Positions 39,601 through 52,021 are shown, numbered from the stretch's first letter. The stretch: 64,000 bases of DNA from Macrostomum lignano (GCA_002269645.1 NIVC01000536.1:281875-345874); one strand, 5' to 3'. Program-made: numbers and translations. Notes: a model not told the origin generated them from the letters alone.

Positions 39601-42600
39601 GAATTTTCGTGCACACGAGCCCCAAATGAATTGGGCCGCGCATCGAATCGAATGAGGGGTCGTGGCGCTTCTGCTTCAGATGCCCAAAGCAGTTCTAGTC
39701 GTGGGCAAAATCATAGCTCTATAGGGTTTTTTTATTCCTTTACCTCAGCTCTGGGCGGGTTGCAGCAGCTCCCATCCCCTGACCCTCTCTCTGCCCCACC
39801 CATGATTAGTATTAGTGCAAATACCGCCTGCACTTCTAGCCACAAATATCAGTGCCTTGGAAATTTGGCAACTGCCTGGGTCTGAGAAGGTTTCACTGAT
39901 TTGGTTTAGAAACAAATTCTCGAATGCACTGAAGTGATGGGCGGGCATCATTCAGAAGAAATACGAGTATCTGTTTTCCCAGAGGGGGAATTAGCAGAAG
40001 CGCCCTATTAGTCCGCTATTAGCTGGATACCTGTGGACTCTCTATGTGTGAAGCACCATAATCAGGGTAGAGGACAGCCCTCTCAATTTCTCTCCAAACC
40101 TTTTGCTCCGCGGTCTCGTCCATTCAAGCATTTCATGCAGTAAAATCCCCTGTTTAAAATTGCGAGCTCATAAAACTATTGGTTGGTCAAGCTGGTCACT
40201 TGAATTATCAAAATTGTTTGAGGTGAGCGGCTTTGAAATTTGCTCTCCAGCTCTCTGTCTCTGACCAAAATGCAGTGAAACTTGCGATAAAAAAAACAAA
40301 AAATACGTCTATTTGTGTGCTCAGGCCTGGAAAAGCATTCCAGGACCACAATTGAAGCATTCCAGGACTGCTAAATTAAGCATTCCAGGACCACAATTGA
40401 AGCATTCCAGGACTGCTAAATCAAGCATTCCAGGACCACTAAATTAAGCATTCCAGGACTGCTAAATCAAGCATTCCAGGACTGCTAAATTAAGCATTCC
40501 AGGACCACAATTGAAGCATTCCAGGACCACTAAATTAAGCATTCCAGGACCACTAAATTAAGCATTCCAGGACCACTAAATTAAGCATTCCAGGACCACT
40601 AAATTAAGCATTCCAGGACCACTAAATCAAGCATTCCAGGACCACTAAATTAAGCATTCCAGGACCACTAAATTAAGCATTCCAGGACCACTAAATTAAG
40701 CATTCCAGGACCACTAAATTAAGCATTCCAGGACCACTAAATTAAGCATTCCAGGACCACTAAATTAAGCATTCCAGGACCACTAAATTAAGCATTCCAG
40801 GACCACTAAATTAAGCATTCCAGGACCACTAAATTAAGCATTCCAGGACCACTAAATCAAGCATTCCAGGACCACTAAATTAAGCATTCCAGGACCACTA
40901 AATTAAGCATTCCAGGACCACTAAATTAAGCATTCCAGGACCACTAAATCAAGCATTCCAGGACCACTAAATCAAGCATTCCAGGACCACTAAATTAAGC
41001 ATTCCAGGACCACTAAATTAAGCATTCCAGGACCACTAAATCAAGCATTCCAGGACCACTAAATCAAGCATTCCAGGACCACTAAATCAAGCATTCCAGG
41101 ACCACTAAATTAAGCATTCCAGGACCACTAAATTAAGCATTCCAGGACTGCTAAAAGCATTCCAGAAACACTGGATCTATTTAATCCGTTTAATTGGTGT
41201 TTCAAAAAATGCTCAATGGTGTCGGGAAAATTTTCCTCAATTTCGAGGAAGCAAAGGCAATACGAGATATTGGGAGTGCCGGCTGCTAGGTCTACAAACA
41301 GCAGTTACAGCAAGGGCTCCATAACACCCAGATACTTGTATCAGCGGGAAAAGGTCACAGTAAATATTCAACACAATCATAAAATCGAATAGTGGGACAC
41401 TAAAACCTATAGTGCCGGCCCCCTGCTGTCCTTATCAATAAATAAATTACTCAGACAGAGGCAGTGGCGGCACAGTCGAGTTCCGTGCATGGAAACGGAA
41501 GCCGGTGCCAGATTGACTTGCCTTCTGCATTCGGGGGGGGGGTCGGTCGAACTCGCACACAACCCGAGCAGAGACAGGGCAATTGCAACAGGTCGTGGTA
41601 TTTCAAGCAGGTGTTATCAACAACTTCTTATCTAATATCTTGGTTTAAAACCATGCATTTGCACACGCGTGAGACAGTTTGAAGTGGTTAAAATGCTGTT
41701 TAGTAATTAGGAAAAACTATGATATAAAATGAATAAGCTTGAAACTTCATCCACTATTACATTGCAGTTGCCAACTGGAATCTGATAGATAGTGAAGTTA
41801 ATTTAGTCTGTCAGTCAATATAATAATGTGCACTTTTACAGATAAGTTAATAATTACCACATCATTTCTTGTTATTATCATTTAGAACATCTCTGATAGC
41901 AAGCCAAAGTAATCCCAAGTAAAAAGCCCTTCAAATTTCGATTTACAAATCCTCATTCTATTTTAGTTTCGATTAACTGATCACCGAGTACGAGCCCGTC
42001 ATGAATCTACCCTGAAAACTATGCAGTGTATACATGTAAAGAACTGAAGACTACTGCCATTATTGTTATTGCAAATCAAACCAGCATTCCACAAATTATG
42101 AAAGAACTCACGTAGAGAAAACAGTTTCTCCAGTAGTTGGATCGCAGGAGACCAATTTATGGCCAAAGTGAATCGTGATATTAGGCTGCGACTCCACCTC
42201 TGTCAGCAACACTCCGTTGAGTCCCATGCGATCGACGCTCATGATAAACTGCCCGGTACGACCGTATGGAATCGGGCGAGTTTTTCCATCCAAAGAATGG
42301 ATCATACGAGCATGCATTGGTATGCCGGATTTCGTAACCTTTTCCCGAAGTCCTACTCTCTCGAGTGCCTCCAAGCCACGATGCGAGAGGGCTAGGTTTA
42401 TGCTGCGACCAAGCACAGTTGCATCTGCTCTGAAATCTTGGCGCATCTCAAATAGGTCGACATTGTATCCACGCTTTGCAATAAAGCATGCACACAGACT
42501 TCCTACCTAAAGTTTAAATGTTAGAATGCGTTTTCAATTTTGTAAATTTATTGATTAGTTTGCATGTACACTAAAACTGTATTGTTTGCCTATAGAAATA

Positions 42601-42681
42601 CATGATGTAGCACTAAGTAGAAAAATATTATCTTACCAATCCACCACCAACAATGCAAACATTTTTTCTTTCTGCTTCCAT
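30672..42681 (-). CDS. KMO: Kynurenine 3-monooxygenase (FAD-dependent), 9 exons, ~468 aa
   Basis: Exons 42681-42637, 42506-42112, 35412-35053, 33683-33626, 33505-33416, 32317-32260, 32143-32061, 31119-31018 and 30887-30672, all GT-AG and phase-consistent. Motifs: IVGGGLVGS (FAD binding), [81 protein letters not shown], and a hydrophobic C-terminal anchor. Confidence 0.95.
32487..32698 (-). mobile_element. tRNA-derived CORE-type SINE in a KMO intron
   Basis: A-box-like TAGTAGTGG and B-box GGTTCGATTCC, followed by TGTGTCCTTGAGCAAGACACTTAACTCTG..CAGTTCACCCAGCTGTAAATGGG (MIR/CORE-like). The 3' tail is shared with the copy at 55740. Confidence 0.7.
32850..33285. repeat. 21-bp minisatellite (GCACCGCAGGCACTCAATTTA)n in a KMO intron
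   Basis: Direct inspection. Confidence 0.92.
34617..34950. repeat. ~54-bp tandem repeat in a KMO intron
   Basis: Repeated GCTATGGGGTGGTGGGTGTGCGGTTGGRCCTGCGAGRGAGCTTTATCAG. Confidence 0.88.
35556..39022. repeat. 23-bp satellite (GGAAGGATCCGGACAAGGAACAT)n, ~150 copies, KMO intron 2
   Basis: 3.47-kb array; source of the 1193-aa and other spurious ORFs. Confidence 0.97.
40331..41165. repeat. 23-bp minisatellite (AGCATTCCAGGACCACTAAATTA)n, KMO intron 2
   Basis: Direct inspection. Confidence 0.95.
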
Positions 42682-43306
42682 TTAGGGGAGACTGTTTTGT
42701 AGCTGATAGGCTGTGCTGTGCTGAATTTTTGCTGTGCTCGATATTAAAATTAAAAAAGATCTTCAGGACTTCAGTCTTTAGGCTTCAAGCCCGCGCATTT
42801 CATTGAAAATGCATAATTTGTTAGCGTGCGGTACTAAACTGTATAACAAATCTATAGCAGTCTGTCAACACAGGGATAATTTTAAACGCTGTATTTTTAC
42901 TTAGAAATGTTGTAAGTCAATCATTTTTTAGAATCCATTGAAAAGATATTTTTTAGTTTATTTCCATAAAAGTATTTAAAAGCACTGTGCGATAGCGTAC
43001 TCTAGTTCGATCGCCAATTAAGAGCTCGAGCCGCGGCCCACTACATCCATTGTAATTTGGAGCACCATTTCTGCCTGGTTATTCGAAGTACCTTCTAAGC
43101 AATAAAAACAAACATCTCGCCTTTCATCAGTCTCTTCTTTGTCTACACATTGTTCTATACATTTAATTAAGACTTACTTAATCCCCCAGCATCACTAGGC
43201 CTAGCCGCCTAGGCCTACTACAACAAGTGTCTAGTAAATCAGTATAGCTAGTGTTGCCAAAATTTTAAAGTGAAAATTACATGTTATAATATAATCAGTT
43301 TTTGCT
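42682..43306. promoter_or_regulatory. Putative bidirectional promoter region, KMO/DPY30
   Basis: Divergent start codons 625 bp apart, with locally CpG-richer patches at ~42790-42840 and ~42990-43050. Depends on the inferred DPY30 exon 1. Confidence 0.45.
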
Positions 43307-46300
43307 ATGGAAAATTCATCTGGTAAGTTTACATTGAAAATTTCTGTGAAAGATGTTTATGAAGGGTGCCAATCATTTTGTCTAGGCTATCTGCCAACAC
43401 AGGCAATAGTTTGTCTAGACCTAATGTCGTAATGAGCAGACAAAAAGTTTTCTCTTTTTAAAACTGTTCGTCTGCTAGGAAATGAGGTTGGGAATGAGGA
43501 ATGAGGAAGGAACTGCCTAACAAGCTCTTTGTTCATATTGTTAAAATGCTGCACAGAGGTTGGTCTTGGTCTTTTCAAAAAATATGATGAACTTCACTAA
43601 TCAAAACTAGGCCTATGCAAAAGCAAAACCAATCAAACCAAAACTATTACTGGGCCTGCTAAGTGTAGCCGTGTATATTGTAGGCCTATATAGGATATTT
43701 AGGGTTAGGGCATTATATATAATGCAGCAAAGCTACAAATTCAATTAAATTTTAAAATCAGATGGATTTTAAAAAAATAAGTAATATGCTAATTTAACAA
43801 AATTGATACTACTTTTATTAGGTAAATAAAATGTTTTGTAGAATAATTATTTTATTTATTATGCATTACCATTAAAAACTAGGCTGGGTAGGCAGGTAGG
43901 CCTACCAAAAAGCAATCTAAGACTAAGGTATTAATTAAATTGCTAGGCACTAAAAAGCATAGAAACCATTTTAGAGAGAGAAAACATAGTATACAACAAT
44001 TTTAGATTTTAAATAACATTTATAGATGTCTTGCATCTATAATTAATAAATATAGAATTATTAAATAAATAAAAAAATGTTGATATTTTTAGCTTAGGAA
44101 AACTTTTAAAGAACATTTTTTTATCTAAAATCGAAAAACTAGTATTCTTTTTGGAATGTTTGAAATGTTATTTCAAATTCATCCTTTTGTTTCTATAGAA
44201 ATGCAACAACAGATCAAGAAAATTTCTCAAACTAAATTCTAGAATTAGATTATAGTTCTAGAACCAATTCTAAAAATGGAACAGGCAATATGAAAAGCTT
44301 TGGTAATTCTGGTTCTGGAATTAGTAATATGAAAAGACTTATTAAGATATGGCCAAACAAAAATACCTTTTTTGTCCAATATAACTTTAACACATTAAGC
44401 TTAAATTTATACATTTGATCATGGGTGGATATATATCTATCCATATAAAAATCAAAACTCTGTCTGTCTGTGTGTCTGTGGACAATTTTGATCGCTATGG
44501 ACTCCCAAACTGCTCAACCAAATTACACCAAACTTTACACCCACCCTAAACTTACTATAGAGAATGTCTTAGGCTACCTTAAAATTTCCTAGACTCAAGT
44601 CTTCCTACCTTAAAAGAACAAAAAACTGCTCAAAATGTGCGATTTTTTCACTAAATCCTCCATAGCGCCGCTCCACTTCTACCGATTCTCTTCAAATTTG
44701 ACATAGACAATCTTAAACTATTATGGTACAATCATGTAAAATTTTGAGTTTCAAAGTTAATCCTGAACGGTGTGCACTTTGTGCACTTTTAAAGTTAGGC
44801 TGCTTTTTTCAGCGTAGCAACCACCCCAACCTCTGCCTGCCTCTCTTTCCCAATCCCGATCTGGGCCCAGATGTGTAAAAGGGGTTTCAAAATTGACTAA
44901 CTTTCAGCTGCCATAAGTTTGCTCCACGTGAAGCAATTGACTTTAAACTTGACACAATTCTTCATTTACTCATTCTCTATCTAAATGTAAAGTTTCAACT
45001 CTGTAACTCAACCGAAAAAGAAACTGTAAGTATGTGAAGTTTGTCTGCTTTTTCTGTTGTTTGTGCCACTCACTCACTCATTCCCCCAGAGCCAGACCAA
45101 GGGTCAGGTGATAGGGCTGAATGTACATAGCAAATTTACAGTGTTTTGGAATAACTTTTTTATAGCCTTCTCTGCACCCCGAGAGTGGAGAGGCTACATT
45201 TAGCCATAACAGTTTAGTGAGAAATTCTAACCACTGTCCTCTGTATTGGCAACATACATGCGCAATCTCCAAAATTCGGTCGGCTGTGCGACTTAGTTTT
45301 AACAAAAATGCGACGTAGTTTTTGGCCAAAAATGCGACTTACATGTAAAAAAAACCTAAAGCAAAATTAACGCAACTTTGGGTAAACGGCAGGAGTAACT
45401 ATAACTGTAGAATTAAGGCGAAATGCCTCGTCAGCTACTTAGTACTACTACTTGGGTATTTTTCGGGTGGGAATTTTTGCGACTTCCTTGGTTGGCCGCC
45501 AAATCAGTCGGCCGGATCGGCCGACTGTTGCGCATGTATGATTGGCAAACTCTGCAGCAGTTTAACAGTGGATGGCAAATCAAGGCAATCCAGCATTGTT
45601 TGTAAAAGCGAAAGATTTATGAAAAGGCGATGCAATGCAATAAAACCCTACTAAATTAGTCACAGCCACACCATAAAATTTTAAGTTTCTCTTAAAAGTG
45701 CCTTGAAATTTAAATGGCCTCCTAAGAAATGCGTATTTCCTTGGTTGTTAGACTGATGCAGACTGCAGTGGAGCTGAAAATACACAAATTCCTTTCAGGA
45801 CTGCAAATTGGCAAGAAAGATGACATGATCAAAGCATGAGAACAGCCATGAGAGTACTACGTCCCACAAACTGGCTGTCCAAGCAGGAATGCGCAGACTT
45901 TTACCTCAAAGTCCAGAAAAGAATCCAGCTTATGGCTGAGGGGCAGTTGAGAGTGGGGAGAAGAAGGAATAGACTATCAGAAAAGAGAGGAGAGGTGGGA
46001 GAGGAAATAAGAGAAAAAATAAAAGATAATAGGAGAGATGAGGGAGTGAGGACGATGAGAGGAGAGAGTAGAGAGGAGAGAGTAGAGTAGCGAGTGGAGA
46101 AGAGAGAGTAGAGGAGCGAGTAGAGAGGAGAGAGTAGAGATGAGCGAGTAGAGAGGAGAGAGTAAAAGAGCGAGTAGAGAGGAGAGAGTAGAGAGTAGAG
46201 TAGCGAGTGGAGAAGAGAGAGTAGAGGAGCGAGTAGAGAGGAGAGAGTAGAGATGAGCGAGTAGAGAGGAGAGAGTAGAGGAGCGAGTAGAGACAAGAGA

Positions 46301-47841
46301 GAAGAGAAGAAAGATGGGAGAGGAGAGATGAGAGAGGGGGGAAGCAGAGAGAGAAGGGGGGAGCAGAGAGAGAGGGGGAAGCAGAGAGAGGGGGGGAAGC
46401 AGAGAGAGAGGGGGAAGCAGAGAGAGAGGGGGAAGCAGAGAGAAATGAAAAGAGATAAAAGAGAAGAGAAAGGAGAGAAAGGAGAGATCAGAGAGCAAAT
46501 AAAGACGAGAGAGAAGAGAGGTGAAGGAAAAGACGAGAGAAGAGTGGGAAGAGAGGAAAGAGAAAAAAAGAGAAAAGAAATGAGATAAAGAGAGATGAAA
46601 AAGAAGAGAAATGAGGGAAGATACGAGAGAAGAGGGGAGAGAGGAGAGAGGAAAAAGAGAAAAGAGGAGAGGAGAGAGAGGAGAGACGAGGGACGAGAAG
46701 GAAGAGAGGAAACAGAAGAGAAGATAGAAGTTTCAAAGTATCCAAGGGACGTAGGGAGAGTCAGAGGCAGAGGCCAGAGTTTGCCAATACATGTTTTAGA
46801 GTCAGACAGACATTAATTGCCTATTTAAAGTAAAAACACCCCCTCCCCTCCAGCCAACAATATCAATGTTTGCCTCAAATCCTAATTTTACGTGAATGTA
46901 CTCTATTTTGTTTACCTCAATCCTACTAACTATTAAGAAGTTTTTGTTTGAGTATGGGCTCAGATTTCAGAATACATGCAAAAATAGTGCCAGGGATTGG
47001 AATTCCCCGGGTTCAAATTCCGCGGGTTTCAACAGCTTGTACATATATAAAACTTGCTTAGGCCTATTGTAAAAGTATATAAGCATTAAACTAAATCTTT
47101 TATCTAAGATGCACCAAAACTGATAAGGGCTAGGCACCCTCTGTGTCCTCACCCCCTAAATCCACCCCTGACTTTTATATACAACAAAATAAAATTTAAA
47201 AAACATTAAAGTTTATTTAAAACATTGAAACATTTACTATCAACAATTAAAATAGATAAAGAAAGGTTCTGTAGCTGGCATGGAATTAGGCCTGGTGATA
47301 ACCTTTTTGACTCCTATCTAAGCAAGTTCCTTCTTTAACAAAGACTTTTACATATCTCAATTATTTTAGTCATTTATTTAATTTATCTTTCTAAAACGAC
47401 AATAATCCGACAGACGCTGCTGCTGTAGAAGTTGCCAAGCCAGCTGCTGATATTGAAACTGCTGTTGCTGCCGCTGCTGCCGTCCCGTCTGATCCAGCAG
47501 TGGCTGATGCCGCAGCTCCCTCAGCCGAGCCTACTGCAGCAGCTCCTGCTGCCGCCGCCGCCGCCGCTGCCACTGCCACTACCGTCGAGGAAGCGGCCGC
47601 TTCATCAGCTGGCCTGGCTGAGCCGGAGTCTGGCAGCGGAGACGCGGCCGGAGCCACCGCGGCCAAGCGGGCCCGAGTGGCGGTGCAGACGCTGCCTACG
47701 CGGGCCTACCTGGACCAGACGGTGGTCCCGGTGCTGCTGCAGGGCCTGTCAGTGCTGGCTAAAGAGCGGCCGCAGAATCCTATTGAGTATCTGGCCGCTT
47801 TCCTGCTGAAGAATAAGGACCAGTACAGCGGCGACAAGTGA
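43307..47841 (+). CDS. DPY30: Protein dpy-30 homolog (COMPASS subunit) with an Ala-rich N-terminal extension, ~147 aa
   Basis: Exon 47414-47841 encodes the Dpy-30 motif [42 protein letters not shown]. It has no in-frame ATG but has a phase-1 acceptor (ccgacag). A candidate first exon ATGGAAAATTCATCTG|GTAAGT at 43307-43322 matches the phase (MENSSD...). The domain call is strong; exon 1 is an inference. Confidence 0.85.
44436..45075 (+). mobile_element. Possible non-autonomous Helitron/HINE-like element
   Basis: Starts A|TC, then TATCCATATAAAAATC followed by a TCTG microsatellite, with repeated internal CAATT/CCGATT..AAAYTT motifs. No 3' hairpin-CTAG end was found, so the end coordinate is approximate. 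Confidence 0.35.
45381..45443 (+). repeat. Solitary 28S-rDNA-like bipartite unit in the inferred DPY30 intron
   Basis: GGTAAACGGCAGGAGTAACTAT (21/22) - AACTGTAGAATTAAGGCG (18 nt) - AAATGCCTCGTCAGCTACTTAGT (21/23). Confidence 0.85.
45960..46730. repeat. Purine-rich (GA) low-complexity tract
   Basis: Direct inspection. Confidence 0.85.
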
Positions 47842-48153
47842 CTGCAGCTGGCCTGGTTGTGCCCGATAGTTAACGCAGCGATTTATTATATTTTCTATTA
47901 ATTAAGTTCCACTTATCTCTGGTCTCCAGAGTTCTCAACTAATCCTATTGCTGTACTAATTATTTGCTATCAAATTCTCAATCCCATCCACTTTTGCTGG
48001 CTGCATTTCTCTCTGTAAGTCAATTACTGTCAATTTTTAAATAAATATAAACTTTTAGCACGCTACCGATAAAATCTAATATTCGTTATTCCTGAGTTGG
48101 CCAGGTTGACAAGTTGATTTGAGAAAGAAATAATTTTAATTTCTGCTTCCTCT

Positions 48154-48455
48154 GGCCGTAGCCCAGTGGTCTGGTGCGGCGCTCTGATGTGCCAGCAACC
48201 CAGGCTCGATTCCAAGTGCAGTCGCATTAATTTGGGGCTGAATTGGAGTCTCGGCTTGGCTCTGCTCGTGCAATTAACGCCCAGGCACAGTGAAGTGTAC
48301 ATGCCTAACGATAATATAAAGTTAGGGCCGCTGTACACTCCTGTGTGTGTGTGTGTCTGTGCGTATGACTGCGTACGTATCCGCGCACTTGTGTGCCTGC
48401 TCAGGGGAGTCTGCTGAAAATGGGCGGTAATGCCTCTCGCCGGTTGTGTGACAGT
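48154..48455 (+). mobile_element. tRNA-derived SINE-like repeat
   Basis: Head GGCCGTAGCCCAGTGGT...GGCTCGATTCC (A and B boxes). Segment 48316-48455 recurs at high identity, inverted, at 58843-58978. Whether head and body belong to one element is uncertain. Confidence 0.55.
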
Positions 48456-50514
48456 GTCGCTTAGACTGCGCCAGGGTGCACACAGCCCCCTGCCTGTTGT
48501 ATTTAACTAACTAAATAGCTTACATACCATAACGCTTCTTAGAAAGCAAACTTTTGAAGGCCTGTTTTACGGCACTTCTGAGGCTCGTAGGAATCATTAT
48601 TCAATACAAAATATTAATTGTGATCGGAAGCTCATCTTTTAATGCTAAAGGTAAATTTTTTATTTACGATGAAAAATGGATATATTAATAGAAGTAATTG
48701 AAGATGAGCATTCGATCTGCTTGCAATAAAATACTATCGCTATTACTGTGTTTAAGAAATTCAAATGTTACTACTTTAAGTATCTCGGCATGTCAATTTT
48801 TTTGCCCAGCCTTTAAAATACGATGTCCTCGGTGAATTTGGCTGTATAAGAAAAGCATTAATTTTCACTTGAGCAGCTCAATAATATTTGTAGGACAACA
48901 TACGAGTACATACATGTACAAGTGTGCCAATACAGTACGCTCACACGGTATGTACAGTGGCCCTGATTTTCTAGTCGTCACGCATGTACACACTCTCCTT
49001 GTCTTAGGAATGATTGAGCAGCATGCCTCCCATGGTCTCTAGCCGCGTAAGTACATGTAGAAGTCGCCAAATGAGGCCGAGGTGGAGGTGCACCCACAGA
49101 TACTAGAATAACTAGATGGGCCACTCAGCACATTTGCGTGCAAGCTACTTTCAGTTCAGTAGTAAGTTAAACTGAAGCATTCTAATGTAGCTCGTATTTT
49201 TTATAAACAAAGCTTATTTATTGGCACTTTCCCATCAAGCTTAAACCCCTCAACTCCACACAGAACCTCAACCCCTGCCCCGCCACCCAATTTTTATTGC
49301 CTTCCTCGCTTGTTCCAGCCTAAATCTGCCATGTACATTTCAGTGGCTAATGTACATTATTGCTGAACCAAGCTGTTTGTCTACAAGCTTTGATTCTAAA
49401 CTTATCAAAGTCATTTCAGCTGCCTTTATTCTTATAAAATAGCTTATGTATTCTTCATTGCTACTGAACTGAAAGTAGAAAGCTGTTTTTTTAAGTATAT
49501 ATGCCTGAATGGCCCATCTAGTTATTCTAGTATCTGTGGGTGCATGCACCAGGTGGCAGAGTGGTGCAGAGTTAACCACAGCTTTCAATTAGGACATGCA
49601 CTCGGCCAAGCTTGTCAGTTGAGACCCTTGCTGAGAGCAGGCGGTGTGCTGTTGCTCATAGAGACCGTTTCCGTGTTTGTATCTGGGATAGATCTGGCAC
49701 AGCACCCATAAGAATCTCTGTACTAGGCTGTTTTGCCTGCAGGCATCTCTTCTTCCAGGAGAAAGTCGGCAGCACCCAAGGCCGCCAGCCCGACCAAACT
49801 AAAGTACAAGTAGTGCTTCTCACACCAGCTCTCTCGTGCTCAATTGGTAGATCGGATGGGTTTCCATTCCAGGCAGCGTCTTTGGTTGGTAATTTTCTCT
49901 ATACGAGTTCTGACCGGGCAGATTGTTTTGAGGCTGGTAACTCGGACTTACTTGCCCGCTCCCTCTTTGTGTCACTCTGTCTATGTCGTTCCCTCTGCGC
50001 CACTCACTCGCTTATTTACTGCATCAGTTATTTAAACACATTATTAAAAAAAACTATTTGCCAATAAAAATTCAAATTTTCAACGGCTTTAAATGAATTC
50101 TACAGGCTTACTGAAAATTTACGTTCGCCTCAAACTGTCGCCGATCGTTTCACGTTTCAGTAGGACTTGCTCTTTTTTCCTTTGCTTTTTCTGGATATTA
50201 AATTTCTACCGTATAAAACTACTCGGCATTACTCGGCATTTTCCGAGCGCCATGGCCCTCCTGCCCTGACGTTTGTCGTTTAGCCAAAGACGCGCGCCTC
50301 TAAGCTTCGCCCACAATTTGTTTGAACAACTGCTGAACAGGCGGAATCCTCTGAGGAGCCATGGAGACTTCGGAAGAAAAATTTGTCAAACTGTCTTCCG
50401 CTAAATAAATACCGCGCAGCCGAGGCGGCTTTGTAAAAAGACCTCGCGCGGCTCTTCAAAAACAAGCAAAATTAACAAGACAATTTCAGCCGGACACCGC
50501 GTATCTCCAGGAAA

Positions 50515-51262
50515 ATGTCTTCGTCATGGACAGTCTCAATTCTGGTGGTGGCCACCGCTCTGGCGGTGCACCTGCTCGAGCCATCGGAAGCCCACTCGGT
50601 GAACAGAGTGCACAAAGTCTTTGCCTGTCAGCGGCCCATGCGGATGATCGCCTTCAAAAAGATCGGTGGCATCCCGAAGGTGGCCTTGCTGCAGTACAAA
50701 CTAATCGACGACCACTGCGAGAAAGTGCAGACGGTGCCTAGAAGCACAGATGAGTGAGTGCTCAAGCTTGAGTTGATGATTGAGTTGTAGCACCGATGAG
50801 TGAGTGCTCAAGCTTGAGTTAATGATTGAGTTGTAGCACGGATGAGTGAGTGCTCAGGCTTGAGTTGATGATTGAGTTGTAGCACCGATGAGTGAGTGCT
50901 CAGGCTTGAGTTGTTTTTCTGAAGACGAACGGAGCACTTTCATGAAAACTCGATCCCATACAGTAGAATCACTTCGATGCACGCGCATGGACAGATGAAT
51001 GACGCTACACTCGCAATCCGTGCACAGCCTTCTGCTCGCTTCTTTTTAAGTGTTAAAATCTTCCTTGCCGCACCCCCGCAGCTTCTATGTTACTCAAGAT
51101 TGCCGGCGGTGCGAGCGGAGCAGCAGCGGCCGATGGAGCTGCTCTAAGATCAGAGACCAGGCCGAGGGCGCGGACAAGAAGTCCAACTGCCGCAGCGTGC
51201 TTGGGCCCGACTGCAGGCCGTACCTGGTCAGCAAGAATGACGATGAAAAACCCTGCGTCTGA
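50515..51262 (+). CDS. Secreted cysteine-rich protein, beta-microseminoprotein (PSP94/MSMB)-like, 139 aa
   Basis: Exons 50515-50753 (donor GTGAGT, phase 2) and 51082-51262 (acceptor ccccgcag). Signal-peptide-like start MSSSWTVSILVVATALAVHLLEPSEA. The C-terminal pattern TQDCRRC..SC..DKKSNC..DCRPYLVSKNDDEKPCV parallels the PSP94 pattern TDNCETC..SCC..DKDNC..DCKYIVVEKKDPKKTCSV (recalled from memory). Confidence 0.7.
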
Positions 51263-51737
51263 GCACCCGGAGCTGACAGAATTTGGCGTGCGATGACCAT
51301 TTGATGAACAATATTTTATATTTTGATTTGGTGACAGGGCGTTCGATTTCCGATCAGCAATGCATGTACTATTATAACACCATTCAGTTTGCGCCAAAGA
51401 ACACTGATGATGGAACGGGTTCAATAAAGGTTCAAGGCTTGCGGCAACTGAACATGCCCGGTTTCGGATGCTTTTCTTGAGCACACTTTGAAGTACACTA
51501 ACTTTCACCCCAACCAAAAGTACATTCAACTCCAACCACCACTTCGAAAATACCAACAGACACGTAAATAGCAGTAATTTGCAGCAGTCTAATAGTGCAC
51601 AATAAGAACAGACAAATGATTTAATTTGTATACAGCTTATTAGTAATTTAATTAGATTCGATATGACAGAATGTATAAAACAAAAGATGAGAATGAAAGA
51701 ATTAACCCTGATCTAATAAACACCAGCCCTATACTAT

Positions 51738-51968
51738 TAAACCCTAACCTAAGCCCGTAAACCCTAACCTGAGCCCTTAAACCCTAACCTAAGCTCTTAA
51801 ACCCTAACCTAAGCTCTTAAACCCTAACCTAAGCTCTTAAACCCTAACCTAAGCTCTTAAACCCTAACCTGAACCCTTAAACCCTAACCTAAGCCCTTAA
51901 ACCCTAACCTAAGCCCGTTAACCCTAACCTAAGCCCTTAAACCCTAACCTAAGCCCGTAAACCCTAGC
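51738..51968. repeat. 19-20-bp telomere-like minisatellite (AAACCCTAACCTAAGCYCTT)n
   Basis: Each unit contains CCCTAA and CCTAA. Confidence 0.85.
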
Positions 51969-52021
51969 CCTATCAAAAATGGCTACAGTGAAATGGCTGG
52001 CAATTAACTGGCGCGCTCCCC

